Below, one piece after another: positions 40,052 through 49,010 of a stretch of 64,000 nt of DNA; the first letter of the stretch is position 1; each line of letters begins with the position of its first letter. The stretch covers positions 10,427 through 74,426 of the forward strand of contig CAZNDH010000005.1 of assembly GCA_964571765.1 (NCBI GenBank), given 5' to 3'. The notes under the pieces were generated by a model, which saw only the letters and a list, made by a program, of their open reading frames with translations, was not told the origin of the DNA and made no database searches. Both the position numbers and the translations under genes were made by a program. This stretch comes from an uncultured Acidimicrobiaceae bacterium (GTDB lineage: Bacteria; Actinomycetota; Acidimicrobiia; Spongiisociales; ZC4RG35).

Positions 40052-40181
40052 ACCACCCTCCGCGGGTCGTCCCTGCACACACTGGGTTCGTGCCGGCCAC
40101 ATCGGCCTGTACCCAGACCGGGATGTCCCACTAGCCTTGCCGGACCCGGCCACGCCGGGCTCACTCAAACGGAGGAAACCT

Positions 40182-40979
40182 ATGAAGAAGTCAATACGGC
40201 TGTTGGCGGTGTTCACCGTCATTGCCATGGTGCTCGCCGCCTGTGGTGATGGGGAAGGGGGCGATACCACCGTCCCCACCGCCGACCTGGAGTTGGTCAC
40301 CGCAGGCACCCTCACGGTGTGCACCGACACCCCCTATCCCCCAATGGAATTCGCCGACCCCAGCGCCCCCGGCGGCTATACCGGATTCGACATCGAATTG
40401 ATGCGTGCCATCGCCGAAGAGCTCGGCCTCGAGATGACTGTCAACGAGCCTGGCTGGGATGCCATCACCGGTGGTCTCGCCTTCGAGAGCGGCGAATGTG
40501 ACGTAGCCGCGGCCTCGATCACCATCCTGCCCGAGCGCGCCGAAGTGATCGACTTCAGCGATCCCTACTTCACATCCGACCAATCTCTGGTGATCACGGC
40601 CGATTCTGGCATAACCGGTCTCGCCGACACCTCTGGCAGGGAGATCGGGGTGCAGACCGGGACCACCGGTCACTTCTACGCCCGTGACCATGGCCCAGAC
40701 GGGATAGTCATCGTGGAGTTCCCTGACGCTGATGGGCCGCTACTCGCCATGGAGGCCGGGGACGTCGAGGGATTTCTGACCGACCTGGTGGCAGGTCAGG
40801 ACATAGCCGACTCCAGCGCGGGCAGATTGGTCGTGGTGGAGACGTTCCCCACCGATGAGGAATACGGATTGGCCACCAAGGACACCCCCAACCTGCTGGC
40901 GGCGATAAACGCCACCCTGTCCAAGTTCCGCGGCGACGGGACCTACGACCGGATCTACTCCGACTGGTTCGACGCCTAA
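40182..40979 (+). CDS. amino acid ABC transporter substrate-binding lipoprotein (polar amino acid family)
   Basis: GGAGGA lies 6 nt upstream of the ATG at 40182. Lipobox 'MVLAAC'. 'GTLTVCTDTPYPPMEF...GFDIELMRAIAEELG'. The ORF 39882..40979 was trimmed. Confidence 0.85.
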   Translation: MKKSIRLLAVFTVIAMVLAACGDGEGGDTTVPTADLELVTAGTLTVCTDTPYPPMEFADPSAPGGYTGFDIELMRAIAEELGLEMTVNEPGWDAITGGLAFESGECDVAAASITILPERAEVIDFSDPYFTSDQSLVITADSGITGLADTSGREIGVQTGTTGHFYARDHGPDGIVIVEFPDADGPLLAMEAGDVEGFLTDLVAGQDIADSSAGRLVVVETFPTDEEYGLATKDTPNLLAAINATLSKFRGDGTYDRIYSDWFDA

Positions 40980-41028
40980 ACGTCCGAACAAACGGAGGGA
41001 GGGCGGCCCACTAGGGTCGCCCTCCCTG

Positions 41029-41820
41029 ATGTCGATGACCCGGCGACGACGACAGAGGCTGATCCGATGGCTTCTCTACTTGGCGAGCGCTGGGATCGTC
41101 GTCCTGGCCATTGCCGCCGGCGACTGGGAACGGATCGCCCACGTTTTCTTCAACCTGCAGGTGATGCAGGAGATGCTTCCCCAGGTGCTGACCATCGCCG
41201 CACGGAACACCATCGTCTATGCGCTGCTCTCCTTTGGGTTCGGGTTGGTGATCGCTCTGGCGCTGGCCCTGATGCGGTTATCCAGCGTTGCCCCCTACAG
41301 GGCCTTTGCCATCGGGTACATCGAGTTGTTCAGAGGCCTGCCTGCCCTGGTCACCTTGATCCTCTTCGCCTTCGGGATCCCCATTGCCTTTGACTTCCGG
41401 GTCCCCGGGGGACGGGTCGGCGCTGCAGTCCTCGGGCTCTCCATCGTCGCCGGGGCCTACATGGCGGAGACGATCAGAGGTGGCATCGAAGCGGTCCCCC
41501 GAGGGCAGAGGGAGGCGGCGCGGTCGCTGGGCATGTCGGAGGGACGGACCATGTTCACCATCGTCCTCCCCCAGGCTTTCAGGATCATGATCCCCCCTTT
41601 GACCAATGAGATGGTGCTGCTGATCAAAGACACCTCGCTCTTCTTCGTCATCGGCTCAACCCCGGCCACCCGCGAATTGGTCAAGTTCGCCCGCGACTTC
41701 ATGACCATTCGTCGTAACTCGACCCCGCTGACGGTGATCGCCATCGTCTACCTGCTGATCACCCTGCCCCTCACCTATCTGGTGCGGCGGATGGAGAAGA
41801 GGGCAGGGCGGGGACGATGA
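41029..41820 (+). CDS. amino acid ABC transporter permease (His/Glu/Gln/Arg family)
   Basis: EAA loop '[35 protein letters not shown]' and '[12 protein letters not shown]'. Confidence 0.88.
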   Translation: MSMTRRRRQRLIRWLLYLASAGIVVLAIAAGDWERIAHVFFNLQVMQEMLPQVLTIAARNTIVYALLSFGFGLVIALALALMRLSSVAPYRAFAIGYIELFRGLPALVTLILFAFGIPIAFDFRVPGGRVGAAVLGLSIVAGAYMAETIRGGIEAVPRGQREAARSLGMSEGRTMFTIVLPQAFRIMIPPLTNEMVLLIKDTSLFFVIGSTPATRELVKFARDFMTIRRNSTPLTVIAIVYLLITLPLTYLVRRMEKRAGRGR

Positions 41821-42557
41821 CGGTTCCGACTATCCAGGTGATCGACCTCCACAAGTACTTCGGCGAGCTCGAAGTGCTCAAGGGCATCGACCTGTCCATT
41901 GCCGACAGCGAGGTGGTCTGCGTCATCGGACCTTCGGGATCGGGCAAGTCCACCCTGCTCCGCTGTGTCAACCGTCTCGAGGAGCCCACCTCGGGGACCA
42001 TCCTCATCGAAGGCGAGGACATCACCGACCCCGACGCCGACGTCGACCGTCTCCGCACCCGGATCGGGATGGTCTTCCAGCAGTTCAACCTCTTCCCCCA
42101 CCTCGACGTCCTGGGCAACCTCACCGTGGCCCAGACCAGAGTGCTCAAGCGATCCCGGGCGGAGGCGGAACGAATCGCCAGGGAGATGCTGGAGAGGGTC
42201 GGTGTCCTCGACAAGATCGCCGAATACCCGATCCGGTGTTCGGGAGGCCAGCAACAGCGGGTGGCCATCGCTCGGGCCCTTTGCATGAAGCCGGACATGA
42301 TGCTCTTCGATGAGCCGACTTCGGCACTCGATCCCGAGCTGGTCGGCGAAGTGCTCGACGTGATGCGCAGCCTGGCCCGAGAGGGGATGACCATGATGGT
42401 GGTCACTCACGAGATGGGCTTCGCCCGGGAGGTGGCCGACCGGGTGGTGTTCATGGATGAGGGGGTGGTCGTCGAAGAGGGACCACCCCACCAGGTCCTG
42501 ACCGAACCCCGCACCGAGCGGGCCCGCCGATTCTTGCGCATGGTCGAGGAGAAGTGA
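41817..42557 (+). CDS. amino acid ABC transporter ATP-binding protein (GlnQ-like)
   Basis: ATGA overlap with the permease. 'GPSGSGKST', '[15 protein letters not shown]', '[14 protein letters not shown]'. Confidence 0.92.
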   Translation: MTVPTIQVIDLHKYFGELEVLKGIDLSIADSEVVCVIGPSGSGKSTLLRCVNRLEEPTSGTILIEGEDITDPDADVDRLRTRIGMVFQQFNLFPHLDVLGNLTVAQTRVLKRSRAEAERIAREMLERVGVLDKIAEYPIRCSGGQQQRVAIARALCMKPDMMLFDEPTSALDPELVGEVLDVMRSLAREGMTMMVVTHEMGFAREVADRVVFMDEGVVVEEGPPHQVLTEPRTERARRFLRMVEEK

Positions 42558-42559
42558 TC

Positions 42560-42576
42560 GCCGATCTTCGGTCGGC
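42560..42576 (+). terminator. short hairpin right after the amino-acid ABC ATPase stop
   Basis: 'GCCGATC ttc GGTCGGC' (7 pairs including one G.T) starts 3 nt after the TGA at 42555-57. It has no U-tract. Confidence 0.35.
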
Positions 42577-42677
42577 TCTGTACCCCGTACCGCCACATCG
42601 ACCGGAACACAAAGCACCAAGTACCAAGTACGCACTTACCGAGTGAAGGCCATTGGCTCTAGCCTGATGGGTCACCA

Positions 42678-43628
42678 ATGAGGGTCACCGAGCACTACGA
42701 CCGGGCCGAGAGGCCGCTGATCTCATACGAGATCATCCCTCCACGACGGGGCGGCTCCATCGACGACATCCTGGGCATGGTCGAGGCCCTGCTCCCCTTC
42801 GACCCACCGTTCATCGACGTCACCAGTCACGCCGCCGAGGCCTACTACGAGGAGCTGCCCGCCGGTGTGGTCCGTCGCCACGTCAAGCGGAAGCGGCCTG
42901 GGACCATCGGGCTCTGCGCCGCCATTCAGTACCGGTACGGGATCGACGCGGTGCCGCACATCCTCTGTAACGGTTTCACCCGTGAGGAGACAGAGGACGC
43001 CCTCATCGAGTTGCACTACTTGGGTATCCGCAACGTCCTCGCGGTGCGCGGCGACGACATCTCGGCGCCCAAACCTGAGCGACCCGACCGGTCGGCCAAC
43101 GTCTATGCCAGCGACCTGGTAGCCCAGATCACTGCGATGAACCAGGGCAGTTACCTGGAGGACCTGATCGACGCCAAGCCCACCGAATTCTGCATTGGAG
43201 TGGGTGGCTACCCGGAGAAGCACTTCGAGGCGCCCAACCTCGCCTGGGACGTGGCCAATCTGAAGAAGAAGGTCGACGCCGGGGCGGACTACGTGGTCAC
43301 CCAGATGTTCTTCGACAACGCGTATTACTTCCGCTTCGTCGAGCTGTGTCGGGAAACCGGGATCACGGTCCCCATCGTTCCCGGGTTGAAGATCCTCACC
43401 ACGATCAACCAGTTGCACAGCCTTCCCCGGAGCTTTGGAGCGGAGATCCCCGAGGCCCTGGCCGACCAGGTCCGGTCGGTGGGCACCAACCAGGAGGCCG
43501 CCGAGGTGGGCATCGCCTGGGCCGCTGACCAGACAGAGGAGCTGCTCAACGCCGGGGTCCCCGGGATCCACTTCTACATCATGAGCACCGCCAACCACGT
43601 CGTGCGGGTGCTCAAGTCGCTGGGCTGA
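42678..43628 (+). CDS. metF: 5,10-methylenetetrahydrofolate reductase
   Basis: 'ISYEIIPPRRG', 'FIDVTSHA', 'PHILCNGFTREE', 'LAVRGDD', 'IGVGGYPEKH', 'GADYVVTQMFFD', 'GIHFYIMS'. Confidence 0.88.
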   Translation: MRVTEHYDRAERPLISYEIIPPRRGGSIDDILGMVEALLPFDPPFIDVTSHAAEAYYEELPAGVVRRHVKRKRPGTIGLCAAIQYRYGIDAVPHILCNGFTREETEDALIELHYLGIRNVLAVRGDDISAPKPERPDRSANVYASDLVAQITAMNQGSYLEDLIDAKPTEFCIGVGGYPEKHFEAPNLAWDVANLKKKVDAGADYVVTQMFFDNAYYFRFVELCRETGITVPIVPGLKILTTINQLHSLPRSFGAEIPEALADQVRSVGTNQEAAEVGIAWAADQTEELLNAGVPGIHFYIMSTANHVVRVLKSLG

Positions 43629-43671
43629 CCCCGCCTTTCCCCACCCAAGGCCCACTCCTCCGGGGAGCCCC

Positions 43672-44205
43672 CTAACCGGGGATCCGGGTCATGCTGAGGA
43701 TGGCCTTCTCGACGTCATCGGGATTCCACGGCGGGTAGAAGACCATGGTGTACAGATCGCAGCGCTCCGCCGGCTCGACATACCAGCCCATCACCCAGGT
43801 CCCGTCGGGATGGGGACCGACGACGGCCGGGACCCCGTCCACGCTGGTCTCCCCCTTGGGCCCGGGCCATTCGACCGCGGGGAGGGTGCCCCGGATCAAG
43901 GCGATAGCCATCGTCCCATCGGTGAAGCCGAAGAAGGTGGTGTGGGTGCCGCCAACCGAGGTCCACACGTCGGGCTCGGCCTCGGAGGGGTCGAAATCGG
44001 AGCCGGACACGGTGACCGGCAGCACCCCCACCTCGTATGGTGCCGGGGGACAGGTCCGCAGGTCGGCCATGGTCGTGGTTATGGCCATGGTGGTCGTGGT
44101 GGTGTTGATCGCCTCTACGGTGGTCGAGGTGGTGTTGGCTCCACCGGGACCCGAACATGCCGCCATCACCAGGGCGATCAGCAAGACGAGGAGGGTGCGG
44201 CTCAT
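43672..44205 (-). CDS. hypothetical lipoprotein with a Thr-rich linker
   Basis: The ATG at 44205 gives 'MSRTLLVLLIALVMAACSG' (lipobox), then 'NTTSTTVEAINTTTTTMAITTT', then a globular domain of about 120 aa. The ORF 43672..44514 was trimmed. Confidence 0.5.
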   Translation of the reverse strand: MSRTLLVLLIALVMAACSGPGGANTTSTTVEAINTTTTTMAITTTMADLRTCPPAPYEVGVLPVTVSGSDFDPSEAEPDVWTSVGGTHTTFFGFTDGTMAIALIRGTLPAVEWPGPKGETSVDGVPAVVGPHPDGTWVMGWYVEPAERCDLYTMVFYPPWNPDDVEKAILSMTRIPG

Positions 44206-44239
44206 CGGCCAGGTGATGATATGGCCGGGTCCCCCGGTC

Positions 44240-45832
44240 TCAACGGAGGGCACGGAAGAACCCGTCACGGGAGCCGATATAGATGGTGCCGTTCCACACC
44301 GCGGGGGTCGCCTCCAAGCAGGACTCTCCGAGGCTGACCGACCACTGCAGCACCGGGCGAGCAGGATCGGCCAGCGAGTAGCTGCGGAGGTCGCCTCCGC
44401 ATGTGGCCAGGATGAGCGAGTCGTCGATGACCAGCGGTGAGGACCAAGAGTGCCACCCCACCTGGTCGGCCCAGGTGACGTCCCCGGTGGTGGCGTCGAC
44501 CACGAGCAGCTCACCGTGATGGGTGGGTGCGTAGAGATGCCCGGCGTGCAGGGCGGGCGTGGCCCAGATCCCGGTGTCGGCCGCTCCCTGGGTGAGGTCG
44601 ATGCCCCAGACCAGGGGGTCGCCGCCGGTGTAGGGGTCGAGCTTGATCAGCTGCCCCACCTCCCGGTTGCGGGCCAGGTTCACCGATCTTCCCAGGGATG
44701 GCTCGTACTCGATGGCCACGTAGAGGAAACCATGCTCGTCGACCACCGGGGTGGCGTCGATGTCACCGCCGGCGAAGTAGTCGAAAACGATCGGGGCGTT
44801 GCCGTTTCGGATGTCGGAGACGTCCAGCCCAACCACCCGGCCACCCGAGTTGGTGAAGTAGACCCGCTGCTCGTACGCCGCAGGCGAGGACTCTATGGAG
44901 ACGTTACGTCCCGACCGGGACAGGAGCAGGTCGTCGTAACCGGGCATGGCGAGGAGTCGCTGCGGGTCGACAATGACCCGGCCCTGGTCGTCATAGGAGC
45001 GGTTGAGGAGATAGGCGAAGAACCAGCTGTTCTCCCCGCCTTGGTACATGATGTCGTCGATGATCACCGGGTTTCCGTCCCAGTCGTTGTTCCATATCCC
45101 TGCCACCTCGTTGGCATCGAGAGACCACAGCTCCTCGGGCTGGTCACGGTCCAAGGCAACGACACGCAGCTTGTTGTCGCGGGACCCGAAGTAGATCAAC
45201 GGGTAGCCGTCGGGGTCGAGGGTGACGCTCCCCTTGATGAGGTCGCCGGTGACGAACCTGGGACGGAGAGGCTGTCCGGTGTCTCCGTCGATGAAATGCA
45301 CTGCCCGGTCGTAAGCGCCGAAGATCACTTCGGTGACCCCGTCAGAGCGCTGGTAGGCCACCGGCTGACCGGTCCAGCCCATCCCGCACCACACCCGTGA
45401 CTCCCCGGCCACCGACGAGGTAGAGCACATCGCCTGGTCGGGATACCTCCACAGCAATTCGGGAGGTGAGGACACCGGGCCGGTCCCGTAGAAGGTGCGG
45501 GTGGGATTGCCCCGGAACATGGTCACCCCCGGTACCGACCCCCAAGCCCGGCCCACGGTCCAACCGGGGACCTGGTCGGGAGCCCGCTTGGGGAGGGTGG
45601 TGTCGGTCGTGGTCGACCCCGGCGCCGTGGGCAGGGCCGAAGCCGCCGGGGTCGCCTGCCTCTCCGCTGTGGAAGTGGTGGTGGCCTGAGAAGCAGCAGG
45701 GGGGATCGACGTTTCGCCGCCCCCGAGCCGGTAGCCCAGCCCGAAGAAGGCGGCCATACCGAGAGCGGAGCCCAGGCCGACCACGGCGATCACCGGACCG
45801 ACCCGTTCGGCCATTTCAGCTACCCGGTCCAC
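44240..45832 (-). CDS. membrane-anchored PQQ-like (BamB-type) beta-propeller repeat protein
   Basis: N-terminal TM 'VGPVIAVVGLGSALGMAAFFGLGY', an S/T/P linker, then repeated 'G..Y....DG.l.alD..TG...W'-type blades (for example 'HGELLVVDATTGDVTWADQ', 'NKLRVVALDRDQPEELWS'). Confidence 0.7.
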   Translation of the reverse strand: MDRVAEMAERVGPVIAVVGLGSALGMAAFFGLGYRLGGGETSIPPAASQATTTSTAERQATPAASALPTAPGSTTTDTTLPKRAPDQVPGWTVGRAWGSVPGVTMFRGNPTRTFYGTGPVSSPPELLWRYPDQAMCSTSSVAGESRVWCGMGWTGQPVAYQRSDGVTEVIFGAYDRAVHFIDGDTGQPLRPRFVTGDLIKGSVTLDPDGYPLIYFGSRDNKLRVVALDRDQPEELWSLDANEVAGIWNNDWDGNPVIIDDIMYQGGENSWFFAYLLNRSYDDQGRVIVDPQRLLAMPGYDDLLLSRSGRNVSIESSPAAYEQRVYFTNSGGRVVGLDVSDIRNGNAPIVFDYFAGGDIDATPVVDEHGFLYVAIEYEPSLGRSVNLARNREVGQLIKLDPYTGGDPLVWGIDLTQGAADTGIWATPALHAGHLYAPTHHGELLVVDATTGDVTWADQVGWHSWSSPLVIDDSLILATCGGDLRSYSLADPARPVLQWSVSLGESCLEATPAVWNGTIYIGSRDGFFRALR

Positions 45833-46904
45833 AATCCGGCTCGCCGGTGAGCACCGGCTGGCCGTGGGTGGCGATGAAGGCCGGGATCATGCAGGCGCCG
45901 AGTGACCCGTCGGGCTCGACGACCACCCGGGCGACGGCAGTTGTGGCGCTGGCCACCGAGTTGTGCGGCCAGACGAAGTTGCCCAGACCCCAGAACACCG
46001 CGGCCCCGTCGATCATCTCCATCGGCCCGAGGCGGTGCTGGTGGTGCCCGAAGATGATGTCGGCCCCGGCCTCGATCATCGCCGTGGCGTTGGCGATGTC
46101 GTCGAGCCTGGGGCTGGTGTCGAGCTCTCTGCCCCAGTGGATGGTGACCACCACGATGTCCGCCTGCTCCTTGGCGGCACGCACTGCCTCGACCATGCCA
46201 GCGGTGTCCTTACCGTGACGCATCCCCGCCCGGTCTTCGGTGGCGATCCACGAGGTGCTTGGGATCACCCCGCCGAACCCGAGCACTGCCACCCGCCAGC
46301 CGTTCATCTCGAAGATCGCCGGCTCTCCCGCCTGGTCGTGGTCCTTGCCCACGCCTACCGGGGCTATCCCGTGGGCGATCAACTGTTCCCGACCGTCGAG
46401 CAGGGCATCCTTGCCGAAGTCGCCGGAGTGGTTGTTGGCCAGGTTGGCAACATCTATCCCGTTGGCCCTCATCGACGGAAGGGCCGCGGTGGGGCATCGG
46501 AAGGTGAATGCCTTGTCGAGCGGGCTGCCCCGGTCGGAGGGGACACACTCCAGGTTGATGACGGTCAGGTCGTCCCTGAGAAACAGCCCGTCGAGACCGG
46601 CCCAGGCATGATCCCAGCCATGGCGGGCCAGGGCGGGGATGTATGCCGGATCGACGGCGACGTCACCGGTGCCGTGGATCACCAGGCTTCCCTTTGGAGG
46701 GACGGTGGTGGTCGTCGTAGTAGGGATGATGGTCGTCGTGGTGGACGTGGTGGTCGTGGTTGTCGAGGTAGTCGTTGTGGTCTCGATCGCCTCCGGGAGG
46801 GTGGTCGACGTCGATCCCAGGGCGGTCCAGGCCCAGAAGAAGCCGGAGCCGACTACCACGCCACCAACCAATACCAACAGGGACTTGAAGAACCGGTTCG
46901 ACAC
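45816..46904 (-). CDS. capA: CapA family (PGA_cap metallophosphatase-like) protein, membrane-anchored, with a Thr-rich linker
   Basis: 'TVINLECVP', 'GIDVANLANNHSGDFG', 'VVVTIHWGRE' and 'GADIIFGHHQHRL' are CapA-type metal-ligand motifs. The 3' end overlaps the next gene by 17 nt. Confidence 0.8.
   Translation of the reverse strand: MSNRFFKSLLVLVGGVVVGSGFFWAWTALGSTSTTLPEAIETTTTTSTTTTTTSTTTTIIPTTTTTTVPPKGSLVIHGTGDVAVDPAYIPALARHGWDHAWAGLDGLFLRDDLTVINLECVPSDRGSPLDKAFTFRCPTAALPSMRANGIDVANLANNHSGDFGKDALLDGREQLIAHGIAPVGVGKDHDQAGEPAIFEMNGWRVAVLGFGGVIPSTSWIATEDRAGMRHGKDTAGMVEAVRAAKEQADIVVVTIHWGRELDTSPRLDDIANATAMIEAGADIIFGHHQHRLGPMEMIDGAAVFWGLGNFVWPHNSVASATTAVARVVVEPDGSLGACMIPAFIATHGQPVLTGEPDCGPGS
46703..46790 (-). 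repeat. low-complexity ACN-codon tract encoding the Thr-rich linker of CapA
   Basis: The plus-strand reads as degenerate GGTSGT repeats and translates (minus strand) to 'TTTTTSTTTTTTSTTTTIIPTTTTTT'. Confidence 0.6.
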
Positions 46905-46924
46905 GACCGAGGAGAGGCTATCTC

Positions 46925-46973
46925 GTGCCTCCGCTTACGGAGAGGCACCTGCGCCCCCGCGGGCAGAGCGGGG
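46925..46973 (-). terminator. two adjacent hairpins between aapP and capA
   Basis: 'GTGCCTC...GAGGCAC' (46925-46948) and 'CCCCGC gggcaga GCGGGG' (46955-46973) lie in the 89-nt gap after the aapP stop. Confidence 0.38.
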
Positions 46974-46993
46974 ACAGTCGGATGAGGAAGCGC

Positions 46994-47758
46994 CTACAGG
47001 ATCTGACTGAGAAACAGCTTGGTGCGGTCCTCCTGGGGGTCGGTGAAGAAGTGCTCCGGCGTGCCCACTTCGACGATCTGGCCCTCGGCCATGAACACCA
47101 CCCGGTCGGCCACCGCCCGGGCGAACCCCATCTCGTGGGTGACCACGATCATGGTCATGCCTCCTTTGGCCAACTCGACCATGACGTCGAGGACTTCTTT
47201 GATCATCTCCGGATCGAGGGCGGAGGTCACCTCGTCGAACAACATCACCTTGGGCTGCATCGCCAGGGCCCGGGCGATGGCAACCCGCTGCTGCTGACCC
47301 CCGGAGAGCTGACCCGGGTATTTGCGGGCTTGCTCGGGGATCTTGACCCGGGTCAGCATCTGCATGGCCAACTCCTCGGCCTCCTGCTTCGGCTTTCGGC
47401 GCACCTGCCGGGGGGCCAGGGTCACATTGGCGAGGACACTGAGATGGGGAAAGAGGTTGAACGACTGGAACACCATCCCGGTCTCCTTCCTCACCTCTTG
47501 AATCGCCTTCAGGTCGTCGGTCAACTCGATCCCGTCGACCACGATCCTCCCGGCATCGTGCTTTTCCAGGCGATTGATACACCGGATCAGGGTGGACTTC
47601 CCCGAGCCGGAAGGACCGATGACCACTACCACCTCTTGACGCCCCACGTTCATGTTGATGCCCTTGAGGGCCTGGAAACTGTCGAACAGCTTGTCGACAC
47701 CCTCCATCTCGATGATCGACTCACCGGTCGCTTTGGTTGCATCGGCGAACACGGTCAT
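46994..47758 (-). CDS. aapP: general L-amino acid ABC transporter ATP-binding protein
   Basis: The ATG at 47758 is preceded by GGAGGAG. 'GPSGSGKST', '[15 protein letters not shown]', '[14 protein letters not shown]'. The ORF was trimmed by 24 aa. Confidence 0.9.
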   Translation of the reverse strand: MTVFADATKATGESIIEMEGVDKLFDSFQALKGINMNVGRQEVVVVIGPSGSGKSTLIRCINRLEKHDAGRIVVDGIELTDDLKAIQEVRKETGMVFQSFNLFPHLSVLANVTLAPRQVRRKPKQEAEELAMQMLTRVKIPEQARKYPGQLSGGQQQRVAIARALAMQPKVMLFDEVTSALDPEMIKEVLDVMVELAKGGMTMIVVTHEMGFARAVADRVVFMAEGQIVEVGTPEHFFTDPQEDRTKLFLSQIL

Positions 47759-47771
47759 GGTGTCTCCTCCT

Positions 47772-49010
47772 TCACCTCTCTCCGACCCCCAGCCGCTTCT
47801 CGAGACGACGGGACTCGCGGGACATGACATAGCTGCCGATCCAGAACAGGACCCCGGCGAAGCCCAAGGTCAATACCTCCAAGCCCTGAGCCAGGAAGCG
47901 CTGCTGTGTGGTGGCTATCTGAGCGACCCGGAGAATCTCGAAGAGCCCGACGATCGAGACCAGGGAGGTGTCCTTGTACAGGCTGATGAACTGCCCGACC
48001 ATGGCAGGGATGGTGTTACGCAGGGCTTGTGGCAACACCACCTGGCGCATCGTCCTCCACGGAGAGAGCCCGAGCGCCTGCGCCGCTTCGACCTGGCCAC
48101 GGTGGACCGACTGGAGCCCGCCCCTCACCACCTCGGCGATGTAGGCCGCCTCGAACATGGTGATGGCGATCAAGATCCTGATCACCGGGCTTGGCCGCAG
48201 ACCGGCGGGCAGGAAGAAGCCGATGGCGAAGGCTCCCAGCAGCAGCAGGGTGATCAGGGGGACTCCCCTGATCAATTCGATGTAACCGACGGACAGCCAG
48301 CGCACCGCCGGCAGAGAAGAGCGGCGACCCATGGCCAGGATCAGCCCGAAGGGGAAAGCGAGGAGGATCCCGGCCACGGTGAGGAAGATGCTGAGGTGGA
48401 GCCCACCCCAGCCGTTCCAACCGACCCCTCCCGACACCAGCACCCAATAGATGGCGAAGAGCAGGAGGGCGAGGACCGGAACCGTGAAGCGGCGCACCGG
48501 GCGGGGAGCATTGCGACCCAGATAAAACACGCCGAAGCCGGCCCCAAGGGTGCCGGCCACCGTCAGGGTGGGCCCCAGTGTGGTGGTCAAGGCCAGCATC
48601 AACCCGACCACGACAAGGGCCGGCCAGAAGCGGCGGGCGAAAGAGCGCCACCCGGAGGGTCGAAATGGGAGACCGGCCTCGGCAGCCCTGGCTTGGGCCG
48701 ACGCCGAGGCCATTGCCCCCATGAAGCCGAAGAACAGTCCAACCAGGATCAGGGCCACCGCCGGCCTCCACATCTGGTCACGGGGGAACCGGCCCACCAT
48801 GAACAGGGCCAGGTTGACCCTCAAGATGGCGAAGTCGGCGCTGAGAAGGAACCGGATCAGGCCGGTGCCCGCCCATGCCACCACCAAGCCCACTACCAGG
48901 GTCAGAAGTGTGTCCCACCAGGTCCGGAAGAGGTTTCGTCGCACCCAATTGAGGGCCGGACGCGTCGGTGGAGGGTTCTCCGTGCGAGGTGGTGCGACGA
49001 CGTCGGTCAT
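47772..49010 (-). CDS. aapM: general L-amino acid ABC transporter permease (large, AapM-like)
   Basis: 412 aa. EAA region '[36 protein letters not shown]'. The start shares 1 nt with the stop of the upstream permease. Confidence 0.85.
   Translation of the reverse strand: MTDVVAPPRTENPPPTRPALNWVRRNLFRTWWDTLLTLVVGLVVAWAGTGLIRFLLSADFAILRVNLALFMVGRFPRDQMWRPAVALILVGLFFGFMGAMASASAQARAAEAGLPFRPSGWRSFARRFWPALVVVGLMLALTTTLGPTLTVAGTLGAGFGVFYLGRNAPRPVRRFTVPVLALLLFAIYWVLVSGGVGWNGWGGLHLSIFLTVAGILLAFPFGLILAMGRRSSLPAVRWLSVGYIELIRGVPLITLLLLGAFAIGFFLPAGLRPSPVIRILIAITMFEAAYIAEVVRGGLQSVHRGQVEAAQALGLSPWRTMRQVVLPQALRNTIPAMVGQFISLYKDTSLVSIVGLFEILRVAQIATTQQRFLAQGLEVLTLGFAGVLFWIGSYVMSRESRRLEKRLGVGER

Noticed and set aside
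42577-42677. A SAM/SAH riboswitch upstream of metF
   Set aside because: No conserved riboswitch core was recognisable by eye. An Infernal scan would be needed, so this is reported only as an unexplained leader.
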